Below, one piece after another: positions 40,401 through 53,238 of a stretch of 59,868 nt of DNA. The first letter of the stretch is position 1; the number at the start of each line of letters is the position of its first letter. Under the pieces are notes generated by a model. The model worked only from the letters and a program-made list of their open reading frames with translations. It had not been told where the DNA came from and ran no database searches. The translations under genes and the position numbers were made by a program. The stretch is from Tubiluchus corallicola (Eukaryota > Animalia > Priapulida): the NCBI GenBank assembly GCA_030141605.1, contig JAQGDQ010001139.1, positions 1-59,868 of the forward strand, given 5' to 3'.

Positions 40401-40960
40401 TAATAAAAATAACAAAAATGCCAGAGAAATCTTATCAAGCCGAAAATACAAGTAATTGTTTTGTATTCTGTCTGCTTTCATAAGTATATCATTATTTTAC
40501 AATTATATGAAAGTAACAATGTTCCAGGGAGGATCATTGCTCCCACATCTGAGATGCCATTTCCTTGTAACTTTATTATTGCTTCAATAAAACCTTTTCT
40601 GAGACTGAAAATGGGGAGTAATGATAATAAATACAACAGATTATGAGAATTCCACACAGTTATAGCAAGGAATGTGAGGTGAGTTTTTCCTGTGGGATTT
40701 TCCAGTAAATCCTGCTAGGACGTTAATGTTGTGTGGAATGAAATGTCAGCCAGAAAATTTCAATAATGTTTAGATATTATGATGATAGAAGCAAATGTTA
40801 TATTATTTTCTTGTTGGGACGCATTGTTAACTTATAGCAAATCACATACCCGTTGACGACGAATACGCGTTTCCGTAATTTGTGATTGTCTTGGTAAATT
40901 TTACAATTTCTCCTTCGATTCCAATGCTGCTTTGTGGCATATGAACAGAGAAAGCAAAGG
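37457..40960 (-). pseudogene. C1q globular domain in three exons (40960-40850, 38122-37993, 37577-37457); the last two are frameshifted
   Basis: FAFSVH...IVKFTKTITNYGNAYSSST|GKFKAPVPDTYYFEVNL...|...RTGDEVYAAY...WNTFSGYLVS*. AG/GT boundaries, canonical gC1q motifs; none of these exons is in the ORF track. Confidence 0.8.
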
Positions 40961-41099
40961 CTGAAATGAAAATATTACTTGTCATCATTATCATCACGAG
41001 CTTGTCAATATTATTATGTCAACACAGTCAAAGATGTTTCAACAATTATCATCATCCTTTCCATTATCCAGAGTAATTTGGTACCAATAAAATGGATTA

Positions 41100-44000
41100 G
41101 CATCATGTTACATGGACTGACTCACACGGACAACAGCGTGTCATAGCGTATATGTCAAAAACCTTAAATCGTTCTCAACGCTTATGGCCTACATTTCAAA
41201 AGGAAGCTTATGCTATCGTGGCTAGCTTTAGAAAGTTTAAAACATATCTATATAACGCGCCAAAAATTGACGTTTATACGGATCATGCACCGTTAATTTA
41301 CTTGTTTACAGCGGCTAGATTAAGAAATCAATTACTGTCTCGATGGGTGGTTGAGCTATTACAGTATAATATTAATATTCATTGTCAAAAGGGTACAACA
41401 AACACAGCTGCTGATGCCTTAAGTCGATTACCAGCATGTTCAGACTTTGTGGAACACTCCCAATATCCTTTAGGGATTTTCAACAACAGTTTATACAATA
41501 TAATTCGCCTGAAAGATTGGCAAAGGAATATAAATATTTAGTAGATCAGAAATCTACCTTAGAGCGCTGTAAAGGTATCAAAACTGCAGAGGTGATTGCT
41601 CAAATTAGCCAACAAATGTTAAGTCAAACTGAACTAGAAAACTATTCAGGTCAGACAATAATCAAAGAGATTCTATCTATAGAGGAAAATGTCTTAGAAG
41701 AAAGCATTTGGACAGGTGAAGACCCATTGTTTTAACAGACCAACAGTCGAATCAGCTAGCAATGAAAATACTCCATCTCAAATTCCGTCATCAACACAGG
41801 AAACCTCCTCATCAGACCACCCAGCCACTCAATTAGAACAAAATGTAAAAGAACATGACCAGGACGAATTTGATGCATTACCTTTAGACCTAACAACAGT
41901 GCAACAATGGCAATTATCAGACCCCAAATTAGCACCAATTATTCATGCTTTAACCTCACCTACACAAACCAACATCCAAACAAAATATGCAGAAAATTTT
42001 TATATTGATGAACAGGGATTATTGTATAAAGTTGAAAATGACTCCATTAATTTGGAACAGGAAAATTTACGGTTAGCTATTCCAGCTAAATTAACAAGTA
42101 TTTTAATAAGAGGCTTTCATGACGAATTTGCTGGACATTCATCAGTAAAAAGAACGTACGAGCATCTGAAGAAACGATATTACTGGCCCGGTATGTTTGT
42201 GCAAATTAAGAAACATGTAGATCAGTGTTTGAACTGCCAAACACGGCGCTTGAGACCGCATCGTAAACCTTTAGGTGTCACAGAATTAGCTAGTAAACCC
42301 TTCGAAAATGTATATTTGGATATCTTAATTTTACCCCAGACAGAATCTGGTTATAAATATTTACTAGTTTTAATAGACCAATTAAGCAGCTGGATTGAAG
42401 CTTTCCCTTTAGTTGATAAATCAGCTAACTCAGTTGCTAATGTCATTCTTACAGAATATTTTTCTCGCCACGGGGCAAGTAAGACCTTTTTCAGTGATCA
42501 GGGAACAGAGTTCAACAATGCTTTATTAAGAGCCTTACTAAAGGAATTTAGGGTAGTTCAAGTATTAGGAACACCGTACCATTCTAATTCACAAGGCCAA
42601 GTTGAAAGAGCCTTATTCAACAATTAGCATATGTTTGCCAACAAAAGTCCACAGATTGGATTAAATACTTGAGGCATGTCTTGTTTGCCCTTAGAATGAT
42701 TCCAAATTCAATAACCGGGTACAGTCCATTTTTTTTAATATATAACCGACACTGTGATTTACCACTCGACAATATCCTTCAACTTAGATCTAAATATTAC
42801 GGTTGTGACCCAATTAGACTCGATCTCAATCGTTTACACGAGGCCTTTCTGCAAACCCGACAATTAATGCATAAAATCGTCTAGCTCATAAAAAACGTTA
42901 TGATAAAAGTACGCATATACCCCTTTTCAAAATTGGTGACCCGGTTTTCTTATGTAAAGCTAATTTAGACCCTGCTGAATCACATAAATTATGTCGACCA
43001 TGGGCCCCATATTACGTAATAGTTAATAAAATTGATGAATCTCGTTTTAGAATTGTTCATAATACAACAGGCAAATTTAAAATAGTACATCCAAATCGTT
43101 TACGGAAGGCCAATTTACCGTCTAATCAATGCCTGCTACCAACAGGGACATCGTCGCATTCCAAGCGAACTTCAAAACGAAAATCCACATTACATTACGT
43201 CCCGGAAACTCTTTCAGACAGTGATTCAAATAATTTAACGAATGAAATACAACCTGATCCAATTCCAATCGGAACACCGCCCCCAGAATTGGATTTCTAT
43301 GAAAATGAACCTCAAGCTAACATTTCGCCTAGTTCATCAAATTCCACACTTACTTCCTTGCCATCTTTAGAACGTATAGACTCGACGGAGACGGAGAATT
43401 TAATTCAAACCGAAACAGATTATGCAATGCCAATAGATAACTTAATTCCCCCACTCGTTAATCGCTCTATAAAACGCTCATCAGATGCCGAGACGCCTGT
43501 TAAGCGTGCCAGAATTAATTTAATTAGGTTGCACAAACCAGGCATCTTTAAAACATTGCGCCGAAAATTTTGCAAACAATAACTAAAATAATATTACAGT
43601 TACAGTTAAAGTTACCATATATTATAAGGTTATACTTTAGCGTTTAATATCAAGGTAATAATTAAAGTTACTATTATATTATAAGATCATACCTTAGTGT
43701 TATAAAACAGAATAGTAGCATTTTAAGGACGAGAACGTCATCAATCACGTTTCTCTATGTATAAGGTAAGTATAGGTTTCATTTATAATGAAAGTGTTTA
43801 GAGTATGAACATTTTTCGATTCCCGGGAAAGCATTTACGTTTATAACGTTTAAATGTAGCAGACGGGATGCTTATGCATATCGATGGTGTTCATGCAACC
43901 ATTTTATTAAAACATTTAGTATGAGTTCAAGCCCACACACGACTTTACGCCACAAGAATATATATCGGTAAGCATACTATGAACATTAACATGAAGCCGT

Positions 44001-44377
44001 CGTTTCTCACTCACGACTTGACGTAGCTGGCGATCAGACTTTCACTTTTCGTAATTTACGACCCAAGGATTCTTAAGAAGATTCACTAAGAAACCGCGCT
44101 GAGCCGTGCAGGGGTCCTGTTCCATTCATGCTGACTTTCACTTTTCGTAATTTACGGCCAAGGATTCTCAAGTCTTAGAATGATTGAGCCCTTACACATA
44201 CATGATAACCAACCATTTGGGCGCCATCAGTCTTAGCCCGTAAAATTGCTTTATTGAGCGTTAGTTAGCTCAGATTACAAAGACCCTGGACATGGTGCAA
44301 ACACGCGAACATTTTACGTTTTACACAAGACCAATAAATATATTAGTCTGCTAAGGTCGTCACTCCACTAAACTACA
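41100..44377 (+). mobile_element. 5'-truncated Ty3/Gypsy retrotransposon: RNase H and integrase remnants plus a 3' LTR
   Basis: EAYAIV, VYTDHAPL, RW, NTAADALSR (RNase H). HDEFAGH...CLNCQ, YLD, SDQGTEF and PYHSNSQGQVER (integrase), with frameshifts. Confidence 0.92.
43855..44377 (+). repeat. Probable 3' LTR
   Basis: TGTAG...CTACA inverted termini, AATAAA near 44333 and position just after the integrase. No clear polypurine tract seen. Confidence 0.6.
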
Positions 44378-45636
44378 TGCCGAACTCAGCAGATGAAATT
44401 ATAAATGTAATTTAAAATATATCTACATCATTTATTATATCACTGACATTACAGATATAATATAGCTAGTACAAATGTTTCATTACAACGACAGATGTAC
44501 GTTAGATAATGAGGATTACAGTACTTATTTAATCTAGTTTTAGAAAAGATAACGTGCAAAATTAATTTAGCAAATGCATAAGTTCCAGAGAGGGGTATTG
44601 CACTAATGATTTAAAAGAATATTTGTATACTGCTCTAACGATTTAAAAGAATATCTCTGGCGATTTAAAAAGTATAACTGTATTTAATACTCAACCACAT
44701 CATGCGCTGATGATTTTCAAGAATATTTGCATTAGGAGAATATCTCACAGTATATCGCTAAGAACGTTTGTGTTGAGTAATTAAATAAATACTTATATTA
44801 AATACTTCAGCAACGTGTGAAGTGTGTTAACATTTACGCTGTATTACTCTACAAAAAGAATTTCTAATTAACGAGCCCGGTTGAAGTACTAGAACGAATA
44901 ACCAACATATTAAACTAAGATTATAGCTAGATTAAACTCGGAACTACTAATTCAGATAACCGACTTGAATAAATGTACCGATCAAATGTTTTAGTGTAGA
45001 GTTTAATTACTAGAATCATTTCAAAACGGATAAAATTGACCACTTATAATCCATAATTTTAAATTCTAACGACCATTTACGAGAAAAAAATAATAAAACC
45101 AAATAACTGTCAGAAAATAAATCTTACGTTTAGGCATAATGCAATTTAACCCTGGCCAATTATGCCGAATAACGCAGGATATATATATATACCGTCTAGA
45201 CCACCGTCTGTTAAATCATATCGTCTAGACAAGCGTCTGTCAAAACCGAGCGCGCGGCGGACCCATAAATGCAGAGTATTATCAGTAAATTAGTATCTCT
45301 TTAAAACAGTAGGAAAGAAGACGTTTTCTGGTAGACTCAAATTAGCGAATATTCGGTTATTGTATAATAACTTATGATGCTAAATACAAACATACCAAGT
45401 AGACGCTGCGGACGTTGCTCTCTTCCTTTCGATCCATCTTGATCCATAACACAGGTGGTTTTTTCCGTTTACTAGATCCATGGCACAAATAGTTTTTTTT
45501 TGCTTGGTCCATAACACAAATAGTTTTTTAGGCATAGTTCACACTTTTATATAATAGGTCCATACAAAAAGGATAGATATTTTTTTTGGAATTTCCAGGA
45601 TTTTTAAATTTTTTTTTCGATTTTCCTTCCATTTTT

Positions 45637-46179
45637 TTAATCCACTACTAGCCACCTCTCTTCCGCCCCCTCTTCCCATTTACGCTTCTCCAGTCTCATC
45701 AGTTGGGCCAGGTTCCAAATTGCGATTATGTCTGGTGCAGCCGTACAAATACAGTAATTCTCCCTGTTGATAAACCTGACCAGGCCGGGAGCGTATTTAT
45801 TTAGTAACTTAGCCATAACTGGCATCCCGCAGATATTACTTAATCTAAAGATCACTAGCTCCTCCTGTAAAATGAATATAAATCTTTATTAAAAGGAAAA
45901 AAAGGGGGGTCCTTGAGACAAATTTTCTTTTAACTGCAGAATTAGCAATGTAATGATTTTAGCATAATTGTGATTACTTCTAAAACTATTACTTACTCCA
46001 TCAATAATAGATTTGCCGCAGAAAATTTTACATATTCCTGGCAAATACGTCATTCTGAGATCACGACTGATCTGTTGATGTAAACGTTCTCGCTCGTCTA
46101 GCACGTCATAAAAATTGCCGCTCGTAACTTCAAGCTCTACCGCCAGTAAGTAAGCATTGCTTGGAACCTCACATTCCAT
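45637..46179 (-). CDS. Orphan two-exon gene, copy 1 (46179-45997, 45864-45637; 136 aa)
   Basis: GGA|GTAAGT donor and TTTTACAG|GAG acceptor in phase 0: MECEVPSNAYLLAVELEV...GKSIIDG|EELVIFRLSNICG...WLVVD*. Structure conserved in three copies. Confidence 0.7.
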
Positions 46180-47666
46180 TTTTTTTACGAATTTGTGAAA
46201 GTAGTAAAACTGAAATTTACGAAAGTAGTAAAATAAATAACACACAACTAAATAATACACCCACACAGCACTAGCAAAAATTACGAAGAGGGACTGACCA
46301 CAACTACAACTCTCTTTTATGTGAAAAGGCCTGGGAACTTCGTAATAGAATCTCATTACTTCCATATGTTGTGTATAAAAACCGCATATACCCCATCATT
46401 ACTAAGTCATCACAGCCTTTATGACCAAACCCTAGGCGCAGAACCAATCTTAATGATCATTTGGATACACCGTTTGTTTGGGAAACCTTGACTGCAAAGA
46501 AACTTTTCCCACGCACAGCTGTCCAGGCCAAAAATTATTACAAGTGGACACGTGCCTCAGACCTCGTAGGTCGATTCGGCTTGGATATCAACTCACCAAA
46601 TAAGTTGAGACTGTTAGTTGAACCACACTTATATTTGCGCATGCGCACATGCGCCAGGGATACACCTTTAAAATAACTGTCCGTTACCTAATAATTTCGT
46701 TCATCCAGATTTTTCTCATAGTAAGGGACTGTGAATAAAAGTTAAGATAATTTTTGCTGTGAATACATGTTAATCTTACCTATTGCTCTGATGATTTTAA
46801 AGAATATTTGATTTAAAAGGAAATTTCACACCATATTGCCCTGATGATTTAAAAGAATATTTCACAGTATATTGCTAAGAACATTTGTGTTGAGTAATTA
46901 AATAAATACTTATATTAAATACTTCAGAAACGTGTGAAGTGTGTTAAGATTTACGCTGTATTACTCTACAAAAAGAATTTCTAATTAACGAGCCCCGTTG
47001 AAGTAGTAGAACGAATAACCAACATATTAAACTAAGATTATAGCTAGATTAAACTCGGAACTACTAATTCAGATAACCGAGTTGAATAAATGTACCGATC
47101 AAATGTTTTAGTGTAGAGTTTTAATTACTAGAATCATTTCAAAACGGATAAAATGACCACTTATAATCTATAATTTTAAATTCTAATGACCATTTACGAG
47201 AAAAATAAAACCAACTAACTGTCAGAATATATGCTTTATCTTACGTTTAGTCATAATGCAATTCAACCCCGGTCAATTACCGCGAATTACGCAGGATATA
47301 TATATATCGTCTAGACCACCGTCTGTTAAACCGTATCGTCTAGACAAGCGTCTGTTAAACCGGGCGTGCGGACCCATAAACACAGAGTATTATCACTAAA
47401 TTAGTACTTCTTCATGCCATAGGAAAGAAGGTGTTTTCGCTGTAGACTCAAATTAGCGAATATTCGGTTATTGTATAATAACTTACGATATTAAATACAA
47501 ACATACCTTCCTTGCGATCCACCTTGATCCATAAACACAAACAGTTTTTTTTGTTTACTAGGTCCATGGCACAAATAGTTTTTTTTGCTTGGTCCGTAAC
47601 ACAAATAGTTTAATGCATAGTCACACTTTTATATAATAGGTCCACAGAAAGGATAAATACTTTTTT

Positions 47667-48236
47667 TCAATTTCTAGGATTTTTTAAATTTTTTTTTAAT
47701 TTTCCACTTTTTTCCACTGTTAGCCATTTTTCTTCCGTCCCCTCTTCCCATTTTCGTTTCTCTAGTCTCATCATCCGCGCCAGGTTCCATATTGCTATTA
47801 TTTCCGGTGCCGCCGTACAAATACAGAAATTTTCTCTGTTAATAAACCGGACCCGGCCGGGCGCGTATTTATTCAGTAATTTAGCCATAACTGGCATCCC
47901 ACAAATATCGCTCAATTTGAAGACCACTAGTTCTTCCTGTAAAATGAATATAAATCTTTATTAAAAGTCCTTGAGACAAGTTTTCTTTTAACTACAGAAT
48001 TAGCAATGTAGTGATTTTAGCATAATTGTGATTACTTTAAAACTATTACTTACTCCATCAATAATAGATTTGCCGCAGAAAATTTCACATATTCCCGGCA
48101 AATACATCACTTGGAGATCACGACTAATCTGTTTATGTAAACGTGCTCGCTCGTCTAAAACGTCATAAAAATTCCCGCTAGTAACTTCAAGCTCTACCGC
48201 CAGTAAGTAAGCATCCCTTGGTACCTCACATTCCAT
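47667..48236 (-). CDS. Orphan two-exon gene, copy 2 (48236-48054, 47936-47667; 150 aa)
   Basis: Same splice sites; frame preserved despite many third-position differences from copy 1. Confidence 0.7.
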
Positions 48237-48637
48237 TTTTTTTATTTTATGAATTCGGGAAACTAGTAAAACTGAAAGTCGTGAAAGTAGTAAAACTGAA
48301 TATCTTGCACAGCTAAATAAAACTAGTATTTCTTCAAGCAGTAGGAAAGAAGATGTTTTCTTTGTAGACTCAAATCAGCGAATATCCGATTATCTCTTAT
48401 ATTAATATTTTTGTTGTATAATAATTCACGGTGCCAAATACAAATTCCTTTAAGAGATAAGTTTAAAACAAAAAGGAAAACGTGAATTTAACATACCAAT
48501 TGGGCGTCGTTCCTTTTTCTCGATTCATATCACAAATAGTTCATATATAGTCCACACACATAGTCCACATTGAAAGGATAAATATTTTTTTGAGCTTTCT
48601 AAGTTTTAGATTTTTTTTGGTTTTCTTTTCCTTTTCT

Positions 48638-49171
48638 CTAATCTTCCAACCACCTCTCCTCCGCCCGTTCTTCCCAACTACACTTGGCGGCCCTCATTAT
48701 GCGGGCCAGGTTCCAGATAGCAAGGATGTCCGGCACGTCTGTACAAATACAATAATCTTCCCGATTAATGAACCTTACTCGGCCAGGCGCAAATTTGTCC
48801 AATAACCTCGCCATAACCAGCATTCCGAAAATACTGCTCAGCTTAAATATCACTAGCTCCTCCTGTAAAATGAATATAAATCTTTATTAAAAAGTTCTTT
48901 GAGACAAATTTCCTTTTAGCTTCAAAATCATCAATACAGTGATTTTATTGATACTGGTAGTGTAATAGTGATTATTACTAAAACTATTACTTACTCCATT
49001 AATAATAGATTTGCCGAAGTACCTCTCAAATGTGCCAAGATGTACATTTTTTAATTCGCGGGTGACCTGCTGATATGGGTACTCGCCTTCATCGATCAGC
49101 CTGCATGAATGGGAGGAGATAGGGAAGAGTCTAACAGCTTGTACGTTAATAAACAATAAGCATAATTCCAA
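48638..49171 (-). CDS. Orphan two-exon gene, copy 3 (49171-48995, 48862-48638; 133 aa)
   Basis: Same splice sites. Exon 1 is strongly diverged but open (YQQVTREL, FGKSIING); exon 2 is conserved (GRVRFINREDYCICT, IWNLAR). Confidence 0.65.
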
Positions 49172-49788
49172 TTATAATCTTTTTATAACTTTGAAATAAG
49201 AATATATGCCTAAGTCTCTTTAAACTCTTCTCTCTGCTAACCTCACCCACATTAAGAAGTTTATTGGTAACACACCTAGAAAACGAAGCACAGAAAAGAA
49301 AAAAATCAAATCCTTGTCAATTGTGGAGAGCAGCTCAACAGCTTAAAACTGATTCTTTAACTTCCTAGTAAAAAAAACAATAAGGCATCCAGCGCTATAC
49401 ACAGATTTTCTAATGATTCTGAATTTCCAGGCTGAAATTATCAATTAAAAAAGTTTTATTTGTAGACCAAGAAAAGATATAAAATAGGAGTAGCTAAACT
49501 TTTGAACTTTGGTTATTTAGTAAATGCTTTTTAGAAGTACTAGTGAAAATCAAAGCGCCCACACTGCACCTTCGAAACAAAGGCTGGTTTCTCTAAAATT
49601 ATTATTAATAATACAGTGATGTGATAAGAATGATAATCGTCATCTAAATAAGCATTATTAATTTGAATGTTCACGATTTGAGTACGATCAGTGCCCTGGC
49701 CGCATTAAATTTGAAGGTAAATATAAGGAAATTTCATACATCAAGATGCTAAAAGTGACAGTATCTATAGATAGAAAGTAAAACTTAC

Positions 49789-50049
49789 TTTTCACAGAAA
49801 CAGCTATTTTGTTTGACGTGACTGAACCAACAGTGTTTTTTGCTTCACACTCGTATTCTCCATCATCCTCAGTTTTTACAGCAGACCTGCTAAGGACATC
49901 ATCTGTGTCAGGTAAATCATCACCGTCCAGTTTCCAGGTGAAGGTTGGCGAAGGATTAGCATCAGCTTCACATTTCAGCCCTAATTCTGATCCCATTGAA
50001 ATCTGTGAACTTCCAATAGTGATTATCAAATTCACTGCATGAGCTTTAT
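49789..50049 (-). CDS. Immunoglobulin (I/C2-set) domain exon, phase 1-1
   Basis: LKCEADANPSPTFTWKLDG...DDGEYECEAKNTVG; 261 nt, AG and GTAAGT bounded. Confidence 0.88.
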
Positions 50050-50778
50050 CTACGAATGTGGTTGTTGCTTCGCGACAAATTTCTTCAGTCAAGGTAATTA
50101 AATGAACTATGACAGTAAAGGTACTTGTCGTCTTTTGCTTGATGATGGACGAGCTTCTTAAAACATTACAAGTCAGTTTCCATAAATAAGTCAAATGATT
50201 AATAAATAATCAATAAATACTTACATTTTTCACAAGTTAAATTATTTACTAAAAAGCTTCATACATATCAGAAGAGCAACATATCATCATCACGAAATGC
50301 CTGTTATAATTCCAACGTTCGAGTTCGATTCGAACGAGTTTTTTTAGTTCGAACTCAATTCGAATCCAAAACTATAGATTCGAATAATTCAACACTTCAG
50401 TCACACATGTTCCTGATCACTAAAACGATTGAAACAACATGCAATTGGCATAATTTAGCAGTGATTTCTGTGCACAATTTTAAACAAATTACTAGTCGTT
50501 TTATTGCAGAACAAAATCTAGTGATACACATGATCTTTGTAAGACTTATTTTTACTGATGGTTCAAAAACTCGTTCGAAAATCGTTCAATCTCATTTCGA
50601 ATTCGAAACACTGAAGTTCGGTTCGAATTCGAAAGTCACAAATTCGGTTCGATTCGAATTCGGTTTCTGGTAAAGAATGCTCACCCCTAGTTATAATACC
50701 AAAGCATTTCAATGATGATGAACATTATCATTCATAAAACTACGGAAGATTTTCATAAAAAAGTTAATAAATGCGTAC

Positions 50779-50923
50779 CTACAACAGTGAGCTGAGCAGT
50801 CCGGGAATCTTCTTCAATGTTTGGTTGTCTGCACATACTTGCACATGTGCGTGCCTCGATCCTCAAGCAGACTGCCGTTACTAATATGAATGCCGTATAA
50901 ACCGGTTTGTGGAGGACCGTTAT
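50779..50923 (-). pseudogene. Probable exon for the C-terminal half of an upstream Ig domain, with an apparent 1-nt frameshift
   Basis: One frame reads YGIHISNGSLLEDRGTHMC (E/F-strand-like) and the other ends SRTAQLTVV with a phase-1 donor; 145 nt. Confidence 0.5.
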
Positions 50924-53201
50924 CTAAATAAGACACTCGTCCTACTTAGAGCGCGTCGATCTTTGTACTATTCTACGTAGTAGCTGAAGATCACGTGATC
51001 TTTGTTGACTCAGCATACAAGACTTACTTCGTTGCCTTCCGCTACTCCCTGCGGCTCCTGTCACTTTGTTTACATCACGTACAGCAACAACAACAACAGC
51101 AGCAGCAACAGCTACGGCAACGACAACAACAATAACAACGAAAACAACAACAGCAACAGCAACGACAACGAAAACCACAACGACGACGTTGACGGCAACA
51201 TGAAGGGCACACCAAAAGTAACCACAACACCGTCGCCACACGTGCATCATTCGCTTCACACCATGGTAGCAACAAGAATCAAATTGTGTAAACAAGGATC
51301 AATAGAAGAGCCACAGATGGCCATGAAATCTACCACCATACAGCATTTGCTAGGAGCATGTCAACAGTTATGAGAAAATACAACGTCCCTCCATGCTGCT
51401 TTTGTGTCAGGCAACTTGACGAGAAATACACGCCCATCAAGGACTCTTATGAAAGGCTTAGAAGACTTAGAAAGGCTTAGAAGACTCGAGTAAAGATTTT
51501 TCAAGCTTATATGCAAGTCTGAAGAATTGCGACCACCGTATAATTACCGCCATGCTTTAGTGGGTGATAAGTACGACCCCTGTCCACTAAATACGATAAA
51601 TACGACCCCTGTCAAACCACCGATCGAGTGAAATGGGATCACAATGAAAAGCTTTATTATAAAAAATGTGGGTAGAATAAACAGTTTATTCGGTGATAGT
51701 TTTAGTCATGAAAAATTAATTTCATGAACTTAGCCAAGCTGCAAAGTAAAACAAAGATTGTAGTTCTACCATTATGATTTTTTTCAAAAAGCAGAAACAG
51801 TGTGAACACAAATAACGTAATAGGCGTATCATCACGCAAAATAAGTTTTTTTACAAGCAAAAGAACTTTTAGTTTTTTAACGAAGAAAATAAGTCACAAA
51901 AAAGTGTAAAATTTCTTAACAATTTTCTTCACGCTTATTCACGCACCTCATTTCGGTTTTTATTAAGTTTAATTTAAATTATCATTCCATAATTATTTTT
52001 TCCGTTTTTTCCATTTCTATAGTTTTCCATGTTTCTATAACACCACAGATAGCATCGAAACGACAGCACTTTTTCACTTATGTACAATGTACAATGTATA
52101 TTCACTTATAAAAATAACATAAAAATAGTTATCTGTATGCCCTTGTTATCATTTTTATCTCCAAATAATGAGCATAAATAAAGAATAAATAAATTAATCT
52201 AAAAATAAACCACATTTTTATAAAAAATCTGACAATCACAGTCGTACTCTAACTAATTGACAATAGCGTTAGTTGTCAGCTAATTTTGTTAAAAGTGTTG
52301 GATACCAGAATCCCACTACTGTGATTGCCACAGGTGGCGCTGTTTGTTCCAGGGAGGAAAATCACAGGCCTGTTCAGTGTTGTCGACGGATGGCAGGCGT
52401 GGGAATAGCAATCCCATGGCCAGGTATCGGGTTCAAATACAGACCAGTCAACAATTCTTCACTCTCTCGTTTCTTTGTTTAACTCATTACCCGCAAGGTG
52501 TAATAATTGTTAAAGATAAAGCACAATGGTTTATCAACTTTCTGGCACTCACAGTCATAATACAATTGATTAATTTTAATGAATTGTTTTGATAGTTTGA
52601 TTGTCCTAGCTGTTTATAATGGAGCTCTTTGTCAACATTAAACACACGCTGAAGAACTAAGCTTTTTGTCTATTTATGTCAAACTAATATTTGTGCGCAT
52701 GCGTATGATATCAACATATAATTAAATGTATATATAGTATTACGCCGCTTATCAGCCATAATTAATTAGTAATTGACATCTTACCTTATCAATTGTGAAA
52801 TTATCCTCCTAATAAAACTTGAACTGAAGCTTTTCGTCAACAAGCGCTGTTATCTTCACTGATTGGCACAAATATAAATCTTCTTTTAACAATATTGCAT
52901 AAATTCACTATAAAATCAATAATCTATTCATCGGACAGAAACACAAAACAACCATTCCCTTCCTCAGACAACGCTCAACTGTTTGCACTGTATGTGTTCA
53001 GTACAGCAGTAAGAATAAACCCACCAAGCCACATTCGGCACATCTGTTTTGGGGTGTGTCTCCTGAAAGTCGAGCTCAAATTACAAACGGGTGGTCACTT
53101 GTGGAATGCTAAGCTCGTACCTACGACGTAAACGAGATTTATTTATTAATAATAATAATAATAATAATAATAAGTCGAAGAAGAATAAGAATAAGAATAA
53201 A

Positions 53202-53238
<37 letters not shown>

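Larger units (their letters stand above)
44595..49171. repeat. Tandem segmental repeat: two ~2.1 kb-period units plus a shorter, more diverged third unit
   Basis: About 44750-46200 matches about 46865-48260 at high identity; about 48330-49020 is a partial third copy. Confidence 0.9.

Noticed and set aside
45889-46365. N-terminal 62 aa of the 158-aa ORF
   Set aside because: Not conserved in copy 2, whose ORF starts at the MECEVP methionine.
52786-52915. Possible further Ig N-terminal exon on the minus strand (VKITALVDEKLQF), and a similar candidate at about 56336-56510
   Set aside because: In-frame stops and no diagnostic Cys/Trp pattern; too weak to call.
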